DNA from: Camelus dromedarius
Lineage: Eukaryota
Direction: 5' to 3'
NCBI RefSeq assembly: GCF_036321535.1
Contig: NC_087437.1
Location: 68,140,001 to 68,204,000, forward strand
Length of the DNA stretch: 64,000 nt
In this document: positions 51,979 through 64,000 of the stretch, piece after piece
How the letters are laid out: each line of letters opens with the position of its first letter
Position numbering within the stretch: position 1 is the stretch's first letter
Notes under the pieces: generated by a model
Database searches by the model: none
Seen by the model: only the letters and a program-made list of their open reading frames with translations
Told to the model about the DNA's origin: nothing
Translations under genes and position numbers: made by a program

Positions 51979-54252
51979 TTCTGTTGATTCATGGTTAGTG
52001 TAAAGAAATGCAACTGATTTTTTTAAAACATTTTTTATTGATTTATAATCATTTTACAATGTTGTGTCAAATTCCAGTGTAGAGCACAATTTTTCAGTTA
52101 TACATGAACATATATGTACTCATTATCACATTTTTTTCTCTGTGAGCTACCATAAGATCTTGTATATATTTCCCTGTGCTGTACAGTATAATCTTGTTTA
52201 TCTATTCTACAATTTTGAAATCCCAGTCTATCCCTTCCCACCCTCCGCCCCCTTGGCAACCACAAGTTTGTATTCTATGTCTATGAGTCTATTTCTGTTT
52301 TGTATTTATGCTTTGTTTTTTTGTTTTTGTTTTTTAGATTCCACATATGAGCGATCTCTTATGGTATTTTTCTTTCTCTTTCTGGCTTACTTCACTTAGA
52401 ATGACATTCTCCAGGAGCATCCATGTTGCTGCAAATGGCATTACGTTGTCGGTTTTTATGGCTGAATAGTATTCCATTGTATAAATATACCACCTCTTCT
52501 TTATCCAGTCATCCATTGATGGACATTTAGGCTTTTTCCATGTCTTGGCTATTGTAAATAGTGCTGCTATGAACATTGGGGTGCAGGTGTCATTTTGAAG
52601 TAGTGTTCCTTCTGGATATATGCCCAGGAGTGGGATTCCTGGGTCATATGGTAAGTCTATTCCTAGTCTTTTGAGGAATCTCCATACTGTTTTCCACAGT
52701 GGCTGCACCAAACTACATCCCCACCAGCAGTGAAGGAGGGTTCCCTTTTCTCCACAGCCTCTCCACCATTTGTCATTTGAGGATTTTTGAATGATGGCCA
52801 TTCTGACTGGTGTGAGGTGATACCTCATCATAGTTTTGATTTGCATTTCTCTGATAATTAGTGATATTGAGCATTTTTTCATGTGCCTATTAATCATTTG
52901 TATGTCTTCCTTGGAGAATTGCTTGTTTAGGTCTTTTGCCCATTTTTGGATTGGGTTGTTTGTTTTTTTCTTATTAAGTTGTATGAGCTGCTTATATATT
53001 CTGGAGATCAAGCCTTTGTTGGTTTCATTTGCAAAAATTTTCTCCCATTCCATAGGTTGTCTTTTTGTTTTACTTATGGTTTCCTTTGCTGTGCAGAAGC
53101 TTGTAAGTTTAATTAGGTCCTATTTGTTTATTCTTGCTTTTATTTCTATTGCTTGAGTAGACTGTTCTAGGAGAACATTTTTGAGATGTATGTCAGATAG
53201 TTTTGCCTATATTTTCTTCTAGGAGGTTTATTGTATCTTGTCTTATGTTCAAGTCTTTGATCCATTTTGAGTTGATTTTTGTGTATGGTGTAGGAAGTGT
53301 TCTAGCTTCATTGCTTTACATGCTGCTGTCCAGTTTTCCCAAAACCATTTGCTGAAGAGACTGTCTTTATTACATTGTATATTCTTGCCTCCTTTGTCGA
53401 AGATTAGCTGACCAAAAGTTTGTGGGTTCATTTCTGGGCTCTCTATTCTGTTCCATTGGTGTATATGTCTGTTTTTGTACCAACACCATGCTGTCTTGAT
53501 GACTGTGGCTCTATAGTATTGTCTGAAGTCTGGGAGAGTTATTCCTCCAGCCTCTTTCTTTCTCTTCAGTAATGCTTTGGCAATTCTAGGTCTTTTGTGG
53601 TTCCATATAAATTTTATTATGATTTTTTCTAGTTCTGTGAAATATGTCCTGGGTAATTTGATAGGGATTGCATTAAATCTGTAGATTGCCTTAGGCAGTG
53701 TCACCATTTTAACAATAGTGATTCTTCCAATCCAAGAGCATGGGATATCTTTCCATTTTTTAAAGTCTTCTTTAATTTCCTTCATCAGTGGTTTATAGTT
53801 TTCTGTGTATAATTCTTTCACTTCCTTTGTTAGATTTATTCCTAGATATTTTATTACTTTGGGTGCTACTTAAAGGGGATTGTTTCTTTACTTTCTTTTT
53901 CTGAAAATGCAATTGATTTTTGAACATTAATCTTGTAACCTGCTACCTTGCTGAATTCTTCGATCAGCTCTAGTAGTTGTTGTGTGGACCTTTTAGGGTC
54001 TTCTATATATAGTAACATGTCGTCAGCATATAGTGACACTTTTACCTCTTGTTTTCCAATTTCGATCCCTTTTATTTCTCTCTCTTGCCTGATTGCTGTG
54101 GCTAGGACTTCCAAGACTATGTTGAATAGGAGTGGTGATAGTGGGCAGCCTTGTCTTGTCCTGGATTTTAGTGGGAAGCTTTCCCGGATTTTAGTGGGAA
54201 GCGTTTGAGTTTTTCACCATTGAGTACTATGCTGGCTGTAGGTTTGTCATAT
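51979..54252 (-). mobile_element. Relatively young 5'-truncated LINE-1 with a 9-bp target-site duplication and a rearranged 3' junction
   Basis: Long ORF2 fragments, 3'UTR, AATAAA and a short A tail (T-run near 52018-52040). Direct repeats ATAGTCATT at 51970-51978 and 54253-54261. Confidence 0.95.
52334..54252 (-). pseudogene. Disrupted L1 ORF2 (RT C-terminal half and C-terminal Cys-rich domain)
   Basis: ORF 53866-54114 contains YADD. ORF 53249-53821 has [13 protein letters not shown] and [11 protein letters not shown] 52334-53053 has [15 protein letters not shown] and ends ...ICGI*. The pieces are separated by stops or frameshifts. Confidence 0.95.
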
Positions 54253-57200
54253 ATAGTCATTCCACTAAGTCACAGTCTAATTAACAGAGGTTATGTTTGT
54301 TTGAGGAGAGTATCTGTGTGTGCAAAAAAAGATACTAGTAAAAATGAGGTCTAATTCTTTGTTGTTCACAGAGATTTTACATCTCTTATCATTAGTACTC
54401 ACCTGGCTATATCTATTCCATCCTCCACTTAGATGGTGAAATGGAAAGCTGGAGTTTACATTTCAAAGTCCATTTTCAGAGAAAACACAGTCTTTTACAG
54501 AATTCTATGACCATATGAGAGAAAAACGTAAGAAAAACTGCTTATTCATAATTTCTGTACTTTAATCATAAAAAGAGGTGACCTAAGTTTCTGTACATGC
54601 AAGAAAACTGTAAAGTTTTTAATAGGTGTGCTTAGAGCCATTGAAATTAGTATAAATGCACAAAACTTTGTTTCCTAGAAATTCAGAATAATGTTAATTT
54701 CCAATTAGAATCAAGAATTTCTTATGTAGTGTTAAATTTCTGTTCCTTCTTTATTTAGATTACAAGTGTGCTCCACTGTTACTGTCATCTTTAGGATAGT
54801 AGAAACTGTCACAAACTTATCTTGCGTTTGCTTTCATTCAATATATTTTTAAGATAGACCTTGATATTTGTCTATAGAATTTATTTTAGATTTTAAAAAT
54901 CTAGTGAGAAATATGTATTCTGCTATTTGCTTCTTAATATCTAGCTCTCTGATATTGACTGAAATTTCAAGTGCAAAGTGTCTGATAATTATCTTCTTTC
55001 ATTTAAAACAGTATTTTTGAAAAACACTGGTCCTTTTAATTGCATTTTCCATTCATATATATAAAACAAAAGCCTCCAAAGCTTATTTCCCTCTAGAACT
55101 TTAGTCTCAAATGTAAGTTCTCTCTGTTAACTGTTCCCTTCCTTCTCCTCACTAAATCTCCTTTTTAGTTCCACTTCATCTTAATAATAAAAGTTATACT
55201 TGTTCACATGCTCCTCTGGTAACTCTGATGGACTTTAATGTAGAACCTTAACAATTTACTTCCCTTTCCTGTTTTGGGGTCTGTTTACCACCCTTTCCCA
55301 GGAATGTATGTTCTTTGAAGGCAGGGGCTATGTTGCGTTCATCACAGTGATATACAGTGGGGAATGTGGTGGGAATTGGATGAACTCTGTGCTTGTCCTT
55401 TCCTTTCTCCTCAACCAAAATCATTCTTGAGAAGAGGTTTGAAGCAAACCAAACTGTACAAATGGAGGCAAATTACTGACAAAATATTCCTCTAGGTCAA
55501 AAGTCAGTGTATAAACCATTTTTAAGAAGAGTGTTCTACCTTGTTCCTTTTTTGATGCAAGCAAATGATAAAGACATGAGAAACAGCACTCTCATTGTCC
55601 ACCAGCAGTGGTTTCTAACTTAGTCTCCACTGAGAGGCCATGCCGGGCATTCCTGGGATGCACAAATAATGACTAGGTGTATGTGAAAGACCACATGATC
55701 AAACTGTAGGGAGAGAGGCTGCAATGAGAGAAGAAGATGGAATCTTAAAATGATAGATGCATATAAAGTAATTTCTGTAATTGATTAAGATTAACCACTT
55801 CATTTCCTTCTGTTGATTAAGCATAATGCTCACATCCCTGTTGAGTTTTTATGACTATTCTGGGGTTGGATTCCCAAGCTTGAAAGCTAGAGGATTGTTG
55901 TATGAGTGATTCATTTCTATACACGATTTTATATGTTCGCTAGGAATAATTAAAATGCTGAGAACTTTCTAACCATGTAGGAATAACAGGGGAAATGCAT
56001 CATGTAGGTAATTCACATGAAGCTTTTCTAGAGTTTTAGCAGACTGACTAAATACAAAGCGATATTTGTTTATGCTGAGGCATGTCAAAGTCTGTTTAAA
56101 GCATACAATACAGTGTTAAATCCAGGCCAACATCTGAACAGATGAGATCAGTCTAAGAGAAAGGCTGTTTTACAGGGAAAGTACCCCACACTGATAGGAC
56201 TGTCCCTGCCTGTGATTCCCATGGTTCTGTATAGTTTTCCTTCAAACCTTCCACTGTTGCCTCATCCACTACTCATTTCTTTTTCCTTCCTTCACTCTAC
56301 TTCATTTTATCAGTTTTTTTCTATTATTTTCTCATTATTTCTCTTCATCACCTCAGTTTTTGGATTCTTGTTTCTTCATCCTTGTCTGTTATCATCTTCC
56401 ATTTTATTCCTTAATTTCACTTTCCAACCATTGAACTACTTCTCTTCAGTGAGTCTTCAGTAATGTGGCCTATCTTAGGGTCACAATTCATGCAAAGAAA
56501 TCCCCAGCAACTTCTTTTTTTAGAAACCAGTGTCCCTATTCCGGATTGCTCTTTGTCTTCTTCAGCTCCCTGTGAAGTATCGGCTCAGAGAGAAAAAGAC
56601 CATACTCCCTGCACATCCCAGTTACACTCTTTTAAATGAGGAGTGAGATATTCATCGGTGTCTTTTTCAGAACCTCTAAAATGGCATTTTGTTTCAAGAT
56701 AGCTGTTTAAATATCAGCTTGGAAATGCCAGGACTTTCCTAAGGACACAGTGGTGAGCAATTTCCATGCAGAACAAGATGGAAATACATCTTCAGTCATG
56801 CAACTTTAAGAAAGTAAATCATGCTTTATGGATCTAAACTTCGCCTTTCCAAATACATGTGTCTGCAGACACTGGTGATTAATAGATGACACTGAAGCCT
56901 GGCACCACAGGGCATAATGAATGGTAGTGACATCATGACTTTTAAATGCACTATTAATGCTGGAGCCTATGACAAATGCAAATGTGACATGTGGATTTTC
57001 ATGGTAATTGCATAGATGCAGGAAAAAAAATTAAATGGCCTTTCCCCTTATTCACTGATATGTGAGGCAGCATCCTAGGAGAGTAAACTCCACCTCTGCT
57101 GTCTTCTTTAGGGGAGATCCTAAGTTGCTCTAGTCATGTTGGAGTGACCTCTTTTCACACCCTTAGGCAGAATCTATGACACACATTTATCTATAGGATA

Positions 57201-57565
57201 CACAACCATGAGTGCTCTCCCAGAAATTTAGTATCCTGGGACTTAGCGTGCTTATACTGAGGAAAGTTAAGTCGAACCTGCTAGGTTTTCCCTAGTTCTT
57301 TGTATTTCTTTACCCTCACTTGTCCCAGAGAGAAAATAGGAAATAGAGGGGATATCATGTCTCCCATACTGCCAACCATGAGAAAAAATGCCCCAGCCTC
57401 TTCTTACTGAGGTTTGGGGTGTGAATTCTCAACATCATACAGTATATGGACTTAGCTGTTCCTCAGAATCCTTACCAGGGAACCTAGGACTCCAGCTCAA
57501 GGGTTCTATACCCCTTAGATACAAATAAGCATCTGGTGCATTTGCAGAGAGTATGCATGAGCACA

Positions 57566-58032
57566 TGTTGCTGAAACATGGCCTCTGTACCCCACTTGCC
57601 AAATTGAGACCTGAGGATAGAGTTTTGGATGAAATAGAGAAGGCAGCTTTATTTCTTTGCCAGGCAAAGGAGGTTAAAGTGGGCTAATGCCTCTAAGATG
57701 GTGAGCCTGCTTGGAGAGAAGACAGGGGGTTTTATAATAAAAGTTTAATAGTTCAAGGGGTGGAGCTAGTTTCCACAGAGATCATATACAGGGTAACAAA
57801 GTGTTGCAAAGTTCTTGTTTTTGCAGATGCAGGGCTCCCCTTCCCTCTGCTGGGTATGAAATTCACCTCTGGCTTTGGGACTCTTTTAATATTCTTGTAC
57901 CTAGAACAAATGGTGCATAGGCAGGGGCTCTGTGGAAAAGAGCTCTAGAGAAAAAACTTGTGTAGTTTAAAGTCAAACTGATAAATGCTTTTAGCCCTTT
58001 AAGCAGGCTGAGGCCTGGGATCTCCTGCTGCA
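57566..58032 (-). mobile_element. ERV solo LTR (~470 bp)
   Basis: Minus strand has TG...CA ends, TATAAAACCCCC (TATA at 57730-57736), AATAAA (57648-57653) and a terminal CAGCAACA. The right boundary is less certain and no clear TSD is visible. Confidence 0.7.
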
Positions 58033-58310
58033 GATTGAGGCCTGCAGCTTGAACAACAGGATACAAGGAAACCACAAGGAGTCAAAAACAACTGCAGGCA
58101 TGCATAGTTAGGATGAGTTATAAATGATGAGATGTAGAAAACACCCAATTGCTTTTTCTGAGGTGTTGGAATCAAGAGGAGGGCACTGGGGTTAGGAGCA
58201 AGGCACTAGGGACAAGAGCAGGGCACTGAGTGTAATCCCTGCACACAGCATCATGAGGGGGTTGGGCAGACTATCCAAGCCTCCCTCCTCTCCAGCCCAA
58301 TCCTGGTCAG
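58033..58310 (+). mobile_element. Fragment of a second, oppositely oriented ERV1-type LTR
   Basis: AAAAACAACTGCAGGCATGCATAGTT...CCCTGCACACAGCATCA...GGGCAGACTATCCAAGCC resembles cetartiodactyl ERV1 LTRs, from memory. Confidence 0.5.
58174..58233 (+). repeat. Three tandem 20-bp units
   Basis: AAGAGGAGGGCACTGGGGTT / AGGAGCAAGGCACTAGGGAC / AAGAGCAGGGCACTGAGTGT. Confidence 0.8.
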
Positions 58311-60499
58311 CAAGAGCATGAGAAAGACCTTTAAACCGTTATACAGTGAAGCAGGATACAAACACCATTACAGATATCAGATGATCACCAATGATGACAG
58401 TAGGATCCTACTCAGTTACACCCACACACAGCAGTCAGATTCCTGCAGACTTGGACCTATAATGGGGTACAAGCTCCAGCTGCCAAGATGACCCACTATG
58501 TAAAGTAAGTTCTTAGAAATGACAGCAGACAGCCATGGTGACAGTTGCAAAAGGATGGCTGGGAACTTTTAAACTTCCCATCTGACCTATCAGAAGACAA
58601 AAAAATACCCAAGGATTTGGGGTCCCCCCCAGATTGAGGGAGATAGATTAAGCATTCAAGAAAGCTTGAGATGGTTGGAGAATGGAGCTGTAGAAAACAT
58701 TAGAAATGGGAACAGATTAGAGGAACCCTTTAAACATAACTACACATGGTAACTGTAAAGAAGGCGCTATTTGTTAAGTGTGTACTCAGTACCAGATAAT
58801 TACCTCCATCATCAATAAATCTCACCATTCCCTCGAGGTAGGTGTGAGCATCCCCCTTTTTCTATGGAAAATTTGGGATCCTGAAAAGGTAGTTAAATCA
58901 TCATGGGATCCAGATCTAAGAAATAGAGCTGGCATTCATCTCTAGATTTGTCTGCCTTTCCCAATTTGCCTTATTACTTCGTTTTCCTCATAACATGCTT
59001 GCTTACAGAATATACATAAAATTGAAATGATATTATGTGAGCCATCTGAATTCCTGAGTCAACAGCTGAGGGGTATACCCTGTTTCCAAAGCCTGGGTCA
59101 GGACCAAGGATATATTTCTAACACCATGATTTGTAAGATCTGTTTTGCTCTAACATTCTGTAATTCTGTGAGCATTCCTCTCAGTGAATCCTGTATCCTG
59201 ACCTTTCTCTAACCCTACTGCCCTTGTCTTTCACCTCCTGCTCAGTCTGCAACGGGCTGCTTCCATTACCTAGCTGCACTCTTCAATTTGACTACAGGAC
59301 ACATGTTATTTTAAGAAAAAATAATTGGCTTCTAACTGCAAGTGTAGTAATTGGCATTCTCTACAGCCTTTGCCAGTTGGGATAGTTGTGACCTTATAAG
59401 CTGAGGAGCCCTGACTTCTGATTCTAGAGAAGAACGAAAGCCCTGGCAAAGAGGCTGTTTCTATGCAAAAAGTCTACCTTGTAGGGACAGAAACAGGAGG
59501 CAGAGTTGGAAGGAATATATACAGCCTAAAACGCAGAGGATTTAGCACTTCACATCCTCTTCCCTAAACTTCTTGAATGTTAGCAGACCCCCAATAGGAT
59601 TCACAAACCCAAAATGCTAAAATAATAAGGACCTAAGAGAGAGTTTAATCCACCTATGTCATTTTTGATGAAGAAAGTGATGCCTAACAAAGTTGTAGCA
59701 ATAATAACAAAAACATCAAAGCCCTAGTGACAACCATATGTCTCATCTTTTTAAATCACGAGTGAAATATTATACACTAAGTCATACAAATTTAGTGCTA
59801 AAAAAATAGTTCTGGTCAGCTCATAGCCATTTCAGAAAATTTCATGTCTACTCTTTGGTGAAAATGAATGAAATATCAATGATTCAGTATTCTGTTAAGA
59901 CTATTTTAAGATACTATTATCTGTTTATAAATAGCATTTTTGATATTTTGTTCTGGAAGAGTAGCTGGCCATTTTAGGCATCAGTTTCTGGACTCTCTTA
60001 CAGAGGCAAAATAAAAGTTGCTTGTTTGGCACAGAATTCCTAAGGAACCATTTCTTCTTAGTAAGTATTGACAAGAAGAAAAGGGGCCATCTGAGGACTC
60101 CCTTTAATTATCTTTTATCTGGCTTTAATTTTCCTCTCCCCACTTTCTGGCCTGTAAACAAAGGCAGAAAAATGAAGAGATAAAGACGTAAGCTTGATCT
60201 GGGAGGAAGATTGGTAAGCAGGTGCAAGAGCCCTCTCCTTGTGGAGAGTGAGGTGGAAGAGAGGTGACAGAACTGAGAACTCAGGGACAAGTTTAAAAGC
60301 ACTTTTAAAAAAATAAAACAACTGTGAAACACCTCAGTAAGTGGCTTAGAGGTTTGGAGATGTGGAGTCTCAACTGGGGTACTGCAACTTGGAATTTTTC
60401 TGATCCTTTTATGTCTCCTGCACCCTGATTGCCATTGTAGTAGCACAAGGACTTGGCTTTAACTTCCAAATGTGTCCTGGACCTGGCAGGTTCTCACTA

Positions 60500-61495
60500 T
60501 CGCTAACACTGACCACTGGTCCAAGCCACCATCATCTCTTACTCTGATTGTTGCAGTGCCTCCTAACTGGTTTCTGCTTCCACATTTGCCCCATATAGTC
60601 TAATCCAGGGTGGGAGAACTTGTCTGCAGAGGGCTAGAAAGTAAATATCTTAGGCTTTGGGGGCCATATATTCCTGGTCACAACTACTCCACTCTATCAT
60701 GGTAGCATGAAGAGAGCAATAGAAGGGACAAATGAATGAGCATGACTGAATTCCACAAGACTTTTACCAAGATATTGAAATTTGAGTTTTCATATTATTT
60801 CCACATGCCATGGAATCTTATTCTTCCTTTGATTTTTTTTTTTTAATCAACCAGTTAGAAATGTAGAAAACTTTTTTACCTCACAGATGTACAAAACAGG
60901 CAGAGGGCCAGAATGACCTTGTTAAATAATGAGTAAGTTCATATTATACTTCTACTCCAGACACCTCCATGTCTTAATATCTAATCTAAAGACCAAAGCT
61001 CTCAAGGCCCTATGTGATCTGTCCCTGTTTAACTGTCTGACCTCATCAACAGTTATCCTTTCCTGACTGTGCTCCAGCCAGCCTTTCTCCCTGCTCTTCT
61101 TCCACTAATCAGTCACATGTCCCCTTAGACCTTTGTGTGTTTTGTTGGCTTTGTTTGAAGTACTCTTCCTCCAGATATGCACTTGGCTTGCTCTGTACCT
61201 CCTTCAAATCTTTTTCAGAAAGCCCTCTCCTAATCACCCTTATTCAAAGTTGTGAACTCAATCTTTGAAGAGAAACATATTACCAATTTCCCTTTCTCTT
61301 TTATGTCAATCCCTTTCTAAGATACCCTAAATTTCCTAAGTCATTGTCTGTAAATCCCACCCAGTGGAATTGTAAGATTATGTTTATCGTCTTAAAGAGG
61401 TCAGGTATTTTTGCCTATTTGTTTGTCTCTGTAGACCTGAATCTGGATCGTATTGAATACATTAAATAAATACTTGGATAGTTGTTGAATGAATT
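60500..61495 (+). mobile_element. L2 3' region, interrupted by MER58
   Basis: GGTCCAAGCCACCATCATCTCT...CCTCCTAACTGGT; AAGGCCCTATGTGATCTG; ends AATAAATACTTG...TGAATGAAT. Confidence 0.85.
60606..60915. mobile_element. MER58B-like hAT-Charlie element
   Basis: AGTAAATATCTTAGGCTTTGGGGGCCATAT...CACAACTACTC...TACAAAACAGGCAGAGGGCCAGA. Confidence 0.85.
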
Positions 61496-62025
61496 CTTGT
61501 AAGCAAGACCTACTGCAGAATTCTAGACTATGGATCTAAAGAACTTTCTCTGTCTTCTGCCTCAGTGACAAGTGGTCCTAGAATTTGGTAGAGTTTGGAT
61601 GAAACAGATATTAAGAGTCTCAGCGTCTATAAAGAAAGATGAAGATGCTGAGTCTCAGATTTTGCAACCTGATTGCATTTAGAGGGCTTAGACCATAAAC
61701 ACAGTTCCTGCCTTAGTCCTTCATTCAACTGACTAGATTTAATAGCATCCATTTGTTTGATTCCCACATGTATGGTATTGACATCACCTGCACAGCACAC
61801 AAAAAGCAGTTCCAGTGTCAGTGCAGGACAAACATGCTCCAAGCCAGCCAGTCCCTTAAGTCTCGCTTTACAGGGCACGGATATTGCTCGGATCACCACT
61901 GTTGACATTGTGGTGACAGGTGCTCATGCTGCCATTAGCAAAGGGGCTGGCAAACCTACAGCCATTTTTTAGTTGATTTCACAAATGAAATGAACTTGAT
62001 GAGGTCCACATGTGACCATACTTAC

Positions 62026-62036
62026 CTTATTTTTCA
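62026..62036 (-). other. Candidate 11-nt microexon TGAAAAATAAG of an unidentified minus-strand gene
   Basis: Minus strand reads GATGCTCTCTCTCTCTCCGTGTGTGCAG|TGAAAAATAAG|GTAAGT: a strong acceptor and a consensus donor. Confidence 0.5.
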
Positions 62037-64000
62037 CTGCACACACGGAGAGAGAGAGAGCATCCTTTGCACCACCATAGGAATCTATTCTCAAAGGCTG
62101 GAGAGCCTACAGACTTAATAGGTTTTCTAAGGTTTTATAGGGTCCCGGACTTCCATTGCCGTTAATTTAATACTTTAATGAAATAGTAAAAGAAAGGAAG
62201 TATCCCTTCACACATATGTTATTTTCTAGTAAAAATAACACCCAAGTGGGTGTGTTTTTTTTTTTAATTTGTACCCCACCATAGCCACCTTACTCATAAA
62301 ATGATTAAAGTTTCTTTAGGTAGCTAGAAAAAATTTGTCTCCAGTTCAAGTCTCACCACCATGCTGTTCATTCCACCTGTTGCCCCAGCTATCCTGTCCA
62401 TGTGGTTGATAGGATGGACTTTAGAAGCTTTCTTTCTGATCTAATAGATCATCCTCTCATAATAGCCTTATGGGGGCTGACAACAAGCAGAACTGTGATG
62501 TAGGCAAAATATGTCCTGAGCACTGTGCTCCTCTGATGTCCCATTGCCCTGGGCATTCTCACTGTGACACTGTAGCTTTTTCTCAATATCAAAATGTGCC
62601 TGTTTGTTTCCCAGCTCAGGGTCTTGCTACTTGTAGCTAATCTCTTCTTTTTAAGTGTCTGGCTAATTGAATACTTCCTTCTAAGAAAATAATGACCCAA
62701 TCCCCCTAATATTTGAGGGATGTGAAGGATGTGAGAGACCACTGAGGGTAACATCTTTGATTAGACATGACTTGGGTTGTCCTGCATGAGTAGGATTGTT
62801 GACAGCTTCCTTTAACTCATATTCTATATTTGAGTAAATCATCATAATAATTATATGCAGAACTTAATTTGCCAAGTTTATTCAAATCTTTACGTGGAAT
62901 TCCTCATTCAATTCTCACTAATATTTGGAAGGTACTCCTAGTATCACCATCATACAAGAAAATGGTGATTATGGAGATGAAGAAAATTAAAACAGCCAAT
63001 AAGGAGTAAAGCCTGGATTGGTGTAAAAAATAAATGTCTAAAGAGAGGAAAACAAGTGTCTGACAAAGACATTGAAGTAATGGAAGCAGAGGGGCTTTTG
63101 CTCAAGCTACTTCCTTTGCCCAGAGTTGTCTTCTCTCCCATGGTACCTTGTTTCCACCTGCAAAGTTACTAGCTTTTGTGGCCTGGTTTCTGACTCTTCC
63201 TCTCCCTCCCACTACTCTGTTCCCACAGGGACTCTATCCTTACCGATTTTAGAGCACTCACCACCTGTGTCTGGAAGGATTATTTAGGCATCCCTGAACA
63301 ACAGAACTTGAGTTCCCTGAGAGATAGAAATAAGCCTGGTCCATTTTTATCCCCTCGTCACTTTATATGTAGCAGGTGCTCTTTAAAACTTTGTGTGAAA
63401 AAAATCACACGGAAAAGGATTGGGGAAAAAAAAAGACAAAGACATAATGAAATTGCCTGCTTATATTATACTTAAGCCAAAATGCTAGGATTAAAGAAGG
63501 TCAGATGTCATGTGACCTTTAGTGACTAGTCAGGGTTAGCAAAATGCATTTTAGTGGAGAAAATGCTTTTATGATGTAGAAGATGGCAAATTTTTTCTTT
63601 TGCTGTGTCATTATTGATAACATTTTATCACTCTTCACGGAAGCAATCAATTCCATTTCTATTGCTGCCCAGTGGGCTGCTGCAATTCTTACACTGACCT
63701 CTCACTCTTAAGCTTCTACTTTGCATTAGGACCTCTTCAGATAAACGCACAAAGTGTCTGATGATTATATCAGGAGGCTGGTTTCAAGCATTCTATTTTT
63801 ATCTCTGTTGGTCCCCTTATTGTGTCACCTTGGACAAAACACTTAATCCAGGTTTACATGGAAGGTTTTTCATTTAAAAACCATGTCTCATGATAAATTC
63901 TCATCTAGACAGTAGAAAGCAATTTTCGTAAGTGCTTTACTTAATTGGTTTCCATCCACACATGAACTTCCAAGGCTGTTCTTACATATCCCATCAGGCA

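Noticed and set aside
52836..54208. Plus-strand ORFs 52836-53156 and 53948-54208
   Set aside because: These are antisense shadows of L1 ORF2.
61627..61972. Overlapping 93-aa and 71-aa ORFs near the microexon candidate
   Set aside because: No recognisable homology; better explained as unique intronic regulatory sequence.
84..63141. Short 60-150 aa ORFs in the six-frame track
   Set aside because: Apart from L1 ORF2 fragments, none resembles a protein I recognise. Many are antisense to repeats or low-complexity, and none shows exon structure.
1..64000. CRISPR array, retron or other prokaryotic/phage system
   Set aside because: The sequence is mammalian, with no repeat-spacer array or operon. 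The only RT remnants belong to LINEs.

Overview
This is AT-rich, CpG-poor mammalian genomic DNA, most likely from a camelid: two copies of a tRNA-derived SINE resemble the camelid vic-1 family as I recall it. There is no intact protein-coding gene, rRNA, tRNA, CRISPR array or prokaryotic system. The ORF-track entries are chance ORFs or LINE-1 fragments. The window is a mosaic of old repeats (MIR, L2, L3/CR1, MLT1, MER2/3/5/58, Charlie, L1M) and younger ones (a 2.3 kb L1, camelid SINEs, an ERV solo LTR), with unique motif-rich blocks in between. It looks like a long intron, probably of a minus-strand gene that I cannot name. Highlights: (1) a young L1 insertion in which a ~40 nt ORF2 piece sits beyond the poly(A) tail while the matching 21 nt are missing from the body; (2) a candidate 11-nt minus-strand microexon with neural-microexon-type flanking motifs; (3) a candidate recursive splice site, CAG|GTAAGT, on the same strand; (4) a ~120 nt hairpin/palindromic element at 26.6 kb. 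Repeat family names come from my memory of consensus sequences, and boundaries are approximate unless stated.
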